Shown: positions 48,092-55,893 of the stretch, one piece after another
Position numbering within the stretch: the first letter of the stretch is position 1
How the letters are laid out: every line of letters begins with the position of its first letter
From: Candidatus Omnitrophota bacterium
GTDB lineage: Bacteria > Omnitrophota > Gorgyraeia > Gorgyraeales > Gorgyraeaceae
Reading direction: 5' to 3'
Length of the DNA: 55,893 nucleotides
Assembly: GCA_042572045.1 (NCBI GenBank)
Contig: JBHPFI010000005.1
Coordinates: 1-55,893 of the forward strand
The notes under the pieces: model-generated
Told to the model about the DNA's origin: nothing
Seen by the model: only the letters and a program-made list of their open reading frames with translations
Database searches by the model: none
Translations under genes and position numbers: made by a program

Positions 48092-50107
48092 TCAAATAAA
48101 TCCCTGCAGCTTTTCTATTATCCTCTTCCTGTCCTCCAGTTTCTTTATTTCCGGCCTTTCTGTTAGGATCCTCTTTATCGTATTGTAAATTTCGTCTGGC
48201 GTTGCACTTTTTATATAATCCTGCGCCTCCAGGTTTAGAATTGCAAAATCGTGCTTCGTTATTTTCCGCTCTCCTATCCGTCGAGGCTTTTCTGTTCTAA
48301 AAACGACCGTATACCTCCCTGAGCTAGCCGCCTCTGAAATCATAGAGACGCTGTCAGGAGAAACTATTACAATCTCGCTTAAGCCGAATATCTCCGGCAC
48401 AATACCATCTATGTTTTTCTCATTTGCAATCACTAAAAGTTTACATCTACTATTGTTCTTTAAGCTCTGTTTCAAAAATATATCAATCTCCCTTGAAGTC
48501 CTTCTTGAGGTCGTGACAAATACATCGAGGTCTTTTTCCTCAGCTATCTTCATGACCCCATCTATTACCTTCTCAACTGTTTCTTTTTCCAATTTAAAGT
48601 TTTTTGCATCCCCTCCGATAAGAACGCCTAGTCCTTTTTTCTTTACGCCTACCCCAAGGCCCGTTAACGCCCTTTCTATTGCCGCTTCCGTAACCCTGTT
48701 AGGCGCTACTTCGGTAACCAATAGATTAGGGCTGCGAGGTTCATCCTTTCCTATTCTGTCAGAAAAAGAACAAGGCTTAAGGGATATGTCGTGTCTTGGT
48801 AAAACAACCAGGTCAAACTTCCTGCTTCGGCCTAAACCTGGCTTCATCATTACGATATTCTTAGCATTATTCTCGTATTTCAAAAAAATATTCGCGGCTA
48901 CCAAACTTCTGCCGCATGAAACAACAATGTCAGCGTAGTTATTCTTAATTTCATCGAATGTCTCTTTCTTTAAACAAAAACTTAGACATTTTAGAGATCC
49001 CTGGCATCGCTTTCCCGCAAAAAGACTACATAGATCCAAAAGAACCCTTGTGAATCTATTTTTAAATTCCAATTCTACGTTATGAATCTTGATAAGAGCT
49101 CTTTCTTTTATGCCACGGGCCTTTAGCCTTGCGCCCAAAGCCTCTTCCACCATATCAGCCACAGCCATTGCCTGGTTAAAATGCCCTGGTTTTTTGTCGC
49201 TCAAAACCAACACTGTGCGCTGGGGAGTAGTCTTCCACCTTTTATGCGACCACAACCATTGGTCTGGAAATCTTTTAATATAATCTTCTACTACGCCAGT
49301 AATGTTCTTCAGATTCGCCTTTACATCCTTTTCCTTGTCTCCAGTATTAATAATCTCTACAGTATCTCCTATCTCTAAAATATGCTTACTATAATCTGTG
49401 CGCCTTGTAAACGTAGGAAGTATCGATGCCTTTGTTTTTAAAGCAAAACTCGCGACACCCTGCGCCATAGAAGCCGGTCTATTTAAAAAATCAATGAATA
49501 CGCCGTTCGCACCAGCGTCCTGATCTCCAAGCATGGCTATTATGCCATTATTATTAAGGGTCCTGACTATCTCTCTTACTGAAAAACCTTTTGTAATAAC
49601 CTTGGAACCTGCCATCTCCCTGTACTTATTTAAGAGATTATTTAATCTGGTGTATTTTTGTTCCCGCACAAAAACAGACATCTTGTGACCTCTGACATTA
49701 ACAGCCAAGGAAGAAACCTCCCAATTGCCAAAATGCGCACTTAAAAGTATAACGCCTTTGCCTTTATCAAGCTCTTTTTTAATCTTCTCAAGCCCGCTAA
49801 CGGTCACGTGCCTGTCTAAATATCTCTTGCCCATAACCGGCAATCTCAACAATTCCACAATGCTCATGCCGAGGCTTTTAAAGTGAGATTTTAGAATCTT
49901 TTTAATCTCGCTGGTATTTTTCTCCGGAAATGCTGATTTTAAATTAGCATAGGCAATTGAGCGACGCTTGGAATTTACAAGCAAGGCAAGGCCTCCCCCT
50001 AGCCTTCCTATCCACAACGCCATACCCAAAGGAATACAGCAGAAGACCGCGTTCGCAATCTTAACTATTATAAATCCCAAAAAGTCTATTATAGAATGCT
50101 TGTTCAT
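48092..50107 (-). CDS. Fusion of lipid A secondary acyltransferase (LpxL family) and ELM1/GtrOC1-like putative glycosyltransferase
   Basis: HFGNWE, GDQD, QWLWSHKRWK, then LSDKKPGHFNQA, PRHD, LIGG, TTSRRT, SPDSVSMISEA. Confidence 0.85.
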   Translation of the reverse strand: MNKHSIIDFLGFIIVKIANAVFCCIPLGMALWIGRLGGGLALLVNSKRRSIAYANLKSAFPEKNTSEIKKILKSHFKSLGMSIVELLRLPVMGKRYLDRHVTVSGLEKIKKELDKGKGVILLSAHFGNWEVSSLAVNVRGHKMSVFVREQKYTRLNNLLNKYREMAGSKVITKGFSVREIVRTLNNNGIIAMLGDQDAGANGVFIDFLNRPASMAQGVASFALKTKASILPTFTRRTDYSKHILEIGDTVEIINTGDKEKDVKANLKNITGVVEDYIKRFPDQWLWSHKRWKTTPQRTVLVLSDKKPGHFNQAMAVADMVEEALGARLKARGIKERALIKIHNVELEFKNRFTRVLLDLCSLFAGKRCQGSLKCLSFCLKKETFDEIKNNYADIVVSCGRSLVAANIFLKYENNAKNIVMMKPGLGRSRKFDLVVLPRHDISLKPCSFSDRIGKDEPRSPNLLVTEVAPNRVTEAAIERALTGLGVGVKKKGLGVLIGGDAKNFKLEKETVEKVIDGVMKIAEEKDLDVFVTTSRRTSREIDIFLKQSLKNNSRCKLLVIANEKNIDGIVPEIFGLSEIVIVSPDSVSMISEAASSGRYTVVFRTEKPRRIGERKITKHDFAILNLEAQDYIKSATPDEIYNTIKRILTERPEIKKLEDRKRIIEKLQGFI

Positions 50108-51056
50108 TTTCGATTATATTGAGCTTGATAGCGAGGGCGAATATATTAGCATTCTGTGTTACGTAACCCGCGCCCCGCAATCTTACAACATCCTTTTCCG
50201 TAGTAATTGCCATGCTGATTCCATTTTTCTTACAATAGCTATCTATATTTTCTAACTCCTTTTTCTTATACCAGTGATGGTCCCGGAAAACAAAATGCCT
50301 ATTGACATTCAATCCAAGGTTCAAGGCTGTTTTTTCGAATGACATTGGATTTCCAATGGCTGAAATCAAAACAACACTTTTGTTCTTTAATCGACCAAGA
50401 TCGATTATTTCATTGTCAGAAAGTTTATAAAAATGCTGCGCCTTGTGAATAGCCTTTACAACCAATGCCTTAGGGTTCAGTCGCCTTAATTTGTTTTCTA
50501 AATTCTGCAAGGCCTTTTGATCTTTCGCTAAATCAACTTTGGTTATTAAAAAAATATCTGCCCTTTTAAGGCTTGATAAACCCTCGCGCATCGAGCCAGC
50601 GGGTATGACGCATCCATTGCCAAAACAGTCTATGGCGTCTATACACACAATATCCAGATCTCTTTTTAATCGCCTGTACTGAAACCCATCGTCCAATAGA
50701 AGCGTATCCACTGAATCTCTGGCTATTGCTGCCATTCCGTTCTTTACCCTGTCTTTACCGACCCAAACAGGAACTCCAGGAAATAACCTTGAAAACAAAT
50801 CCTCTTCATCGTTCCCATAGCCTCTTATAAGAACGGCGGGCCTTAGCCTTTTTTTCAAAATAGTTTCCAGTATAAACAAAACCACTGGCGTCTTTCCAGT
50901 GCCGCCCCACGTAATATTACCTACGCTTATAACCTTGACGTCAAGTGCATATTTTCTAAAAATACCGATCCTGTAAAAGATATTACGCAAAGAAATAAAA
51001 ATATAATAAATAAGCGAAAAAGGAATAAGGGTATATCTATAAATTTTTGGTTTCAT
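50061..51056 (-). CDS. lpxK: Tetraacyldisaccharide 4'-kinase
   Basis: VISVGNITWGGTGKTP, RGYG, LDDGFQ, PAG.MRE, F.DHH.Y, TTEKD. Confidence 0.96.
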   Translation of the reverse strand: MKPKIYRYTLIPFSLIYYIFISLRNIFYRIGIFRKYALDVKVISVGNITWGGTGKTPVVLFILETILKKRLRPAVLIRGYGNDEEDLFSRLFPGVPVWVGKDRVKNGMAAIARDSVDTLLLDDGFQYRRLKRDLDIVCIDAIDCFGNGCVIPAGSMREGLSSLKRADIFLITKVDLAKDQKALQNLENKLRRLNPKALVVKAIHKAQHFYKLSDNEIIDLGRLKNKSVVLISAIGNPMSFEKTALNLGLNVNRHFVFRDHHWYKKKELENIDSYCKKNGISMAITTEKDVVRLRGAGYVTQNANIFALAIKLNIIENEQAFYNRLFGIYNS

Positions 51057-51077
51057 AACTCTACTGATTAAAAATAC

Positions 51078-52355
51078 CTAAAAAATACCGATTGATATCA
51101 AGATGGTCACAAAAACGAGAGATATTACAGTCACTATTGTGGCTGAAGAAAACCATGCTTTGATATCAATAGGGCTCCTGGATTTTTTACTTATCGATAT
51201 GCCCAGAATACTTGCGGCATGACCAAGAGGTAAGCCATTTGCGCCAAAACCAACTCCGAGAGCAAGAATCCACCACAAAGAACTGCCATTGATCTCCAAC
51301 TCTAAGATGGTTTTCATTACAGGCAACATGATCATCGTAAACGGCACTGCACCTACCACGGATGAAAATATCCCTGTTGTCCATAAAAGCGCTATCTTAT
51401 ACAGTTTGATATCTACGCCTGCCAAAACAGCTGTCCTCTTCGCTAGATCAGCTAAGAGCCCTGTTCCATGCAACCCACCTACTATAACAAAAAAACATGC
51501 AAAAAACACTAACACTGACCACTCAATATCGTGAAATATCTCTTCTGGCTTTGGCCTTAAAAGCAAAAACGCCAGGCCTGCGCCAATCAAAGCTATAAAC
51601 GACGGATAAAGCCCAAGTCTATCATGCAGGAAAAATAACGTAAATGTAACCACAAGGGCGAATAAACACTTTACCATGCCGCGCGAATCCTTTATTGCCC
51701 TACGAGCGTCTATATTCAATACTGCCTGAAAATTTCTTGACTTGTCAAAAAGCTCTTTTCTATATATAAATTTAAGCACGAAAAGCGAGAAAAATATAAC
51801 GACAAGCGTTACTGGAAAAAGATTTATCAAAAAATCATTAAAACTAAGACCACTTGCAGAACCAATAAATATATTTGGGGGGTCCCCGACCAATGTTGCA
51901 ACCCCGCCTATAATCGAAAGCAATATCTCCGCCATCAAAATAGGCAACGGCCTGATGCCTAATATGTCACACACCAATATCGTAATAGGCGCGATGATTA
52001 CAATCGTCGTGACATTATCCACCAGCATGGAGAGAAATGCGGTAGATACGCCCAAAAGGACCATGAGCCTCCATGGCTTTCCTTTTGAAAGCTTTGCCAG
52101 GCTTATGGCTATGTATGTAAAAAACCCTGTTCTTTTGAGTATTGAAGCTATAATCATCATACCCAGAAGAAGCCCCAGTGTATTAAAATCTATAGCCAGC
52201 AAGGCCTTCTTTTGGGAATAAAAACCAAACATCCTGCCAAAGATAATCATTAAAAGAGCGCCGGAGGACGCAGCTATAACTTTATCCGCCTTCTCGGTTA
52301 CCATGAAATAAAGCGCTGTCAAAAGTATTATAGAAGCGACTACAGTGCCAATCAT
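51078..52355 (-). CDS. ArsB/NhaD (P-permease/CitMHS-like) ion transporter
   Basis: IDFNTLGLLLGMM, VDNVTT, GDPPNIFIG, IEWSVLVFF; many TMs. Confidence 0.85.
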   Translation of the reverse strand: MIGTVVASIILLTALYFMVTEKADKVIAASSGALLMIIFGRMFGFYSQKKALLAIDFNTLGLLLGMMIIASILKRTGFFTYIAISLAKLSKGKPWRLMVLLGVSTAFLSMLVDNVTTIVIIAPITILVCDILGIRPLPILMAEILLSIIGGVATLVGDPPNIFIGSASGLSFNDFLINLFPVTLVVIFFSLFVLKFIYRKELFDKSRNFQAVLNIDARRAIKDSRGMVKCLFALVVTFTLFFLHDRLGLYPSFIALIGAGLAFLLLRPKPEEIFHDIEWSVLVFFACFFVIVGGLHGTGLLADLAKRTAVLAGVDIKLYKIALLWTTGIFSSVVGAVPFTMIMLPVMKTILELEINGSSLWWILALGVGFGANGLPLGHAASILGISISKKSRSPIDIKAWFSSATIVTVISLVFVTILISIGIF

Positions 52356-52364
52356 CTCTCTCCC

Positions 52365-52405
52365 CTAACTTGACAAATCAGTCAATCACAAAAGTGTCAA
52401 GTTAG
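52365..52405. repeat. 41-bp palindromic dispersed element, copy C
   Basis: CTAACTTGACA-AATCAGTCAATCACAAAAG-TGTCAAGTTAG; right arm contains the CBS gene TAA stop. Confidence 0.9.
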
Positions 52406-52866
52406 CTTTCTCTGTTTCCATTTTCAAAAAATGCCCTGCAAATATCCCCTCTTGTTATTATTCCTTTAAGGATACCTTTCTTTTCTACAAGGACTCTCCT
52501 GACGCTATATTTCATCATCATGGCTACTACTTTTAAAATAGATGCGTTTGCTTCAACTGCTACGCTTCCTTTTCTCATGATATCCTCTGCTATAAAAAGT
52601 TCAAAGGAAGGCAATGATTCAAATTCCTCATCTAGAACGCCAAAATCATCTATAAAGGCTATATTTTCACCCAACATATCAAAATAATCAGGTAAAAGAA
52701 CGGACAAAATCTCAGCCTTTGTAATTATACCGAGGACCTTTCTGTTCTTATCTATTACAGGCATAGCTCCATAGCGCGTCTTCTTGAAGATGTCATAAAT
52801 CTCACGTATGCCTGCAGAAGGAATAACTGTAACTACATCTTTTGACATAATATTTTTGGCCTTCAT
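52402..52866 (-). CDS. CBS domain pair protein
   Basis: IMSKDVVTV, MPVID...LGIIT, AEDIM, GIITRGDI. Confidence 0.9.
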   Translation of the reverse strand: MKAKNIMSKDVVTVIPSAGIREIYDIFKKTRYGAMPVIDKNRKVLGIITKAEILSVLLPDYFDMLGENIAFIDDFGVLDEEFESLPSFELFIAEDIMRKGSVAVEANASILKVVAMMMKYSVRRVLVEKKGILKGIITRGDICRAFFENGNRES

Positions 52867-52901
52867 ATAGCTCCTATATATACGATATACGTTAGCTTTA
52901 T

Positions 52902-52930
52902 ATTTTATTATAAATGGGTGTTTTTGTCAA
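52902..52930 (-). promoter_or_regulatory. sigma70-type promoter upstream of the CBS gene
   Basis: TTGACA (52925-52930), 17 nt, TAAAAT (52902-52907). Confidence 0.7.
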
Positions 52931-52934
52931 AGCC

Positions 52935-54218
52935 TTACAATATTGACAAAATAAGGTCTATGATACGCTGGCTGGACCCTGAATTCTTAACTACAGCATT
53001 CTTTGCGTTTAGGCCCAGCTTCTTTCGCTCTTTGGAGCTGTCAACAAGCAATCGGATGGCGGAATAAAGTTCGTCTTTATTCTCTACTTGAATAGCAGCG
53101 CTATTCTCAAGGAAGAATTTTACTACATCTTGGAAATTGAATGTAAACTTTCCAAAGATCACTGGTTTTGCCAGGCTTGCTGGCTCAATAGGATTTTGAC
53201 CGCCTTTTCTAACAAGGCTTCCTCCCATGAACACAATATCCGAAGCAGAATATATGGTCTTAAGCTCACCGATTGTATCAAGGACATATGCGCTTTGACG
53301 ATTGGCGCTTGGGGGGTTAGCATTGGAACTACCTAGACAGGAAAACCTTATGGGTTCAAAGTTACGCTTAGTCAAAAGATGTTCTATCTCTGCCGTGCGT
53401 TCTATGTGCCGCGGCGCAATAAGAAGCCTCAAATTGGCATACTCTTTCTTTAATCTCGAAAAACATTCGATAACCTGCTCCTCTTCGCCTCTATGTGTAC
53501 TGCCCGCTATCAACAAAATATCATTATCGCTTATATCCAACCTCTCTCTAATGCGAGGCCTGCTGCCGCTAGGTTCCGACAATGACAAATCAAACTTTAA
53601 ATTGCCTGCCACAAAAAGCTTTTCTTTTGTAGCCCCTAAAGCGAGGGCCCTTGCCGCATCTTCTTCTGACTGCATTAATATAAGTGAAAATTTATCCAAA
53701 ATGCGCGAAACCACGGACCTGATTGCTTTATAGCCAAAATAAGACCTGTTTGAAATCCTTCCATTGATAAGGATAATCTTTGCCTTAAAGTTGTGGAGGG
53801 AAGAAATAAGATTGGGCCAGAGTTCTGTTTCAAGACACAAAAATAATTCCGGTCTAATAATAGCCACGACCTTATTCACTATAAAACTTATATCGAACGG
53901 AAGATAAAAAACCTCTTCGTTGCCCGTCGCTATTGTCCTGGCAACCTTATTGCCTGTATGCGTAACGCTCGAGAACACAAGGGTGTGTGACGGAAACGTC
54001 TTTCGTAAAAGAGGGGCTAAGATACTTGCCGTCTTCATCTCGCCTACGCTGACTGCATGTACCCATATAATCTTTCCTTTAGAGGAAATGGCTCTGAGGC
54101 GTTTGGATAAAATACCCATTCTATCAGCCATGCCATATTTATATCGCTTTGTCACTATAAGATAAGGCAGATAAACTATGCCAAAGATTATGAAGATAAG
54201 GTTATATAAGATAAACAT
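52935..54218 (-). CDS. waaA: Kdo transferase
   Basis: IWVHAVSVGE, LPFD, ETELWPN, GNLKFD, AGSTH, APRH.ER, GGQNPIEPA. Confidence 0.96.
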   Translation of the reverse strand: MFILYNLIFIIFGIVYLPYLIVTKRYKYGMADRMGILSKRLRAISSKGKIIWVHAVSVGEMKTASILAPLLRKTFPSHTLVFSSVTHTGNKVARTIATGNEEVFYLPFDISFIVNKVVAIIRPELFLCLETELWPNLISSLHNFKAKIILINGRISNRSYFGYKAIRSVVSRILDKFSLILMQSEEDAARALALGATKEKLFVAGNLKFDLSLSEPSGSRPRIRERLDISDNDILLIAGSTHRGEEEQVIECFSRLKKEYANLRLLIAPRHIERTAEIEHLLTKRNFEPIRFSCLGSSNANPPSANRQSAYVLDTIGELKTIYSASDIVFMGGSLVRKGGQNPIEPASLAKPVIFGKFTFNFQDVVKFFLENSAAIQVENKDELYSAIRLLVDSSKERKKLGLNAKNAVVKNSGSSQRIIDLILSIL

Positions 54219-54245
54219 TATATTTCTCAGGATAGGAGCGCGCCT

Positions 54246-54614
54246 TTAGTCATAATATGTCGCGCATGAAGCGTCGGATTCCCATACCGATACTGATTTA
54301 ACAAAAAAATCTTTGCTTTTTAGAGAAGACTTAAGTTCTTTAAAAATATATTTTGCAATATTTTCCGCAGAAGGATTTTTTCTTTTGAATGCGGATATTC
54401 TATTAAGATACGTGTGATCCAATCTTTTAAGTATGGATTTAAGCTTGGATTTTAAGACCTTAAAATCTACTGATATGCCTATATTGTTGAGCGCGGCTGT
54501 TTCAAATCTAGCATCCACCTTCCAGTTGTGGCCATGCAACCGTTCACACCTGCCTCTATAACCTCTCAGATTATGAGCGCTGCTAAAATCTGACTTTATT
54601 AGGATTTCATACAT
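54246..54614 (-). CDS. queD: 6-carboxytetrahydropterin synthase
   Basis: FSSAH, CERLHGHNW, LDHTYLN, PSAENIA, VWES. Confidence 0.94.
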   Translation of the reverse strand: MYEILIKSDFSSAHNLRGYRGRCERLHGHNWKVDARFETAALNNIGISVDFKVLKSKLKSILKRLDHTYLNRISAFKRKNPSAENIAKYIFKELKSSLKSKDFFVKSVSVWESDASCATYYD

Positions 54615-55419
54615 AATCCGCTTTCCTCGCTCTATTAATCCTTCTACCCAGAAACCTTTCTCCTACCTTTACAAACTGTTCTACCGCATCTGTTGTAAAA
54701 AATCTATGGTCCGGTTTTTTTGAGGCGCACGATAAAACATTGATCCTCTGCAAAATACGAGTCACTTCTTCTGCAACCGAACTAGCAGAATCCACTATCC
54801 TAACATTGCTGCCAATTGCTCTCGAAATGACATCCTTGAGAAGAGGGTAATGCGTGCAACCAAGAACAAGGGTGTCTATCTTTTTCCTGGCAAGCGGCGC
54901 TAAATATTTCTTTGCAATATCAAATGTTATCTCGCCATTTAACCACCCCTCTTCAGCAAGCGGCACAAACAAAGGGCAAGGTCGAGACATTACTTTGGCA
55001 GCCTTGGAAGCGCGCCTTATTTCTTTCTCATATGCCTTGCTTTTTATTGTAGTAGCTGTACCTATGATTCCTATTTTATTATTTCTGCTTATCTCTGTCG
55101 CCCTTTTAGCTCCAGGGTTAATAACGCCTACGATAGGTATCTTGAACCTCTTTCTTAAAACAGGCAGACTAATACTTGAAGCGGTATTACAGGCTACCAC
55201 AATAAGTTTCACATTAAATTGCATCAGAAACTCGACATTCTCTACTGAAAAGCGTTTTATGGTTTCTGAGGATTTTGTGCCATAGGGCACCCTGGCAGTA
55301 TCGCCTAAATAGACAATCTTCTCGTTCGGTAGGGCCTTAAATATTTCTTTAACTACGGTGAGTCCACCTACGCCAGAATCAAATATTCCTATGGGCTTGT
55401 TTTTATCTTTAGCTACCAT
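54607..55419 (-). CDS. murI: Glutamate racemase
   Basis: FDSGVGG, PYGTK, ACNTA, LGCTHYP. Confidence 0.97.
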   Translation of the reverse strand: MVAKDKNKPIGIFDSGVGGLTVVKEIFKALPNEKIVYLGDTARVPYGTKSSETIKRFSVENVEFLMQFNVKLIVVACNTASSISLPVLRKRFKIPIVGVINPGAKRATEISRNNKIGIIGTATTIKSKAYEKEIRRASKAAKVMSRPCPLFVPLAEEGWLNGEITFDIAKKYLAPLARKKIDTLVLGCTHYPLLKDVISRAIGSNVRIVDSASSVAEEVTRILQRINVLSCASKKPDHRFFTTDAVEQFVKVGERFLGRRINRARKADYV

Positions 55420-55444
55420 GCTTTTATGATATGCGGATTAAAGA

Positions 55445-55834
55445 TGGTGGAGGCGGCGGAAATCGAATCCGCGTCCTCTGGTCTCCCAAAAAGAGTATCT
55501 ACATGTTTAGTTAGCCTTTTAGTCTCGCTTGATGCTCTCCGGCGAACGGGATAACATCAAGCAAAGCTCTTTTTATGCTCCTCGCCCTTTCCAAAAGAAC
55601 GTAAAAGAAAAGGCCAGCCTGCTAATGTCGTCTATCAAGTCCCACAGGCAAGACCTGTAGACGGGTCGCTTAATTAAGCGACAGCGAGCGCCTCGCTAGA
55701 AGCCGCAATGGCCTCTGCTTCAGCTACTGCATCGTAGTTGGCGTTTTATTTGTGCCAGGTGTTTTTCGAGGCCTCCTGACAACCTCGACATGCTGCTCTT
55801 CCCAAGCTTACCAAAGTCGAAACCTTTCGCCCCC
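55445..55834 (-). ncRNA. ssrA: tmRNA (one-piece, ~390 nt); tag ANYDAVAEAEAIAASSEALAVA
   Basis: 5' GGGGGCG pairs with 3' CGCCUCC-ACCA including G3-U; T-arm GGAUUCGAUUUCC; resume codon GCC at 55740-55742; stop TAA at 55674-55676. Confidence 0.96.
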
Positions 55835-55856
55835 AATTTTTGCGAAGCAAAAATTG
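55834..55856. other. Perfect hairpin with GCGAAGC core at the tmRNA 5' boundary
   Basis: CAATTTTTGC-GAA-GCAAAAATTG. Confidence 0.7.
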
Positions 55857-55893
55857 ATCCTGAAGCAGCGTTAAATAATCCTACGGATAGAAG

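Noticed and set aside
48745-48776. TCCTATTCT(A/G)TC shared with 17239-17250 (both read DRIG), within an imperfect hairpin in the ELM1 domain
   Set aside because: Only about 12 bp of similarity and weak pairing; cannot be separated from chance without a genome-wide search
18861-52405. 41-bp palindromes as CRISPR repeats or as promoters (TTGACA in both arms)
   Set aside because: Copies are dispersed with no spacers or cas genes, and no -10 box lies at the right distance from either TTGACA
55420-55470. Integrative element at the tmRNA 3' end
   Set aside because: murI starts 25 nt downstream; no integrase and no duplicated tmRNA 3' end were seen in the window

Overview
A gene-dense, moderately AT-rich chromosomal segment of an LPS-producing bacterium, with about 56 CDS plus tmRNA, all on the minus strand. 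Gene content and style suggest the PVC superphylum, probably Omnitrophota (inference only). In transcription order (right to left): tmRNA, murI and queD; a ~21 kb Kdo/lipid A/core LPS block (waaA, CBS protein + ArsB/NhaD permease, lpxK, LpxL-ELM1 fusion, GT4-GT9 fusion, GT4, deacetylase, three GT9s, DUF3108 lipoprotein, a deoxyhypusine-synthase-like unknown, hldA, kdsB, pyrG, kdsA, kdsD, kdsC); a ~13 kb type IV filament locus; then lpxL, an LptC-LptA fusion, lptB, a trigger factor lacking its PPIase domain, clpP, a class-V aminotransferase, serA, a probable Re-citrate synthase, purA, a membrane PPase with Na+,H+ signature, an OmpA/MotB lipoprotein, uppS-cdsA-dxr-rseP-ispG-proS, and the 5' end of a secreted protein running off the window that may be a giant protein. 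The best candidate for an undescribed system is the filament locus: it follows MSHA gene order, its ATPase has a degenerate c-di-GMP motif, it is headed by four stand-alone receiver domains in an A-B-A-B pattern, and a YfhO-type GT-C glycosyltransferase sits directly behind the major pilin. Three small repeat families (a 41-bp palindrome, CCGCC-N3-GGCGG hairpins, in-frame heptamer tandems) lie between and inside genes, one nested in another. All functional calls come from motif recognition; no database searches were run.
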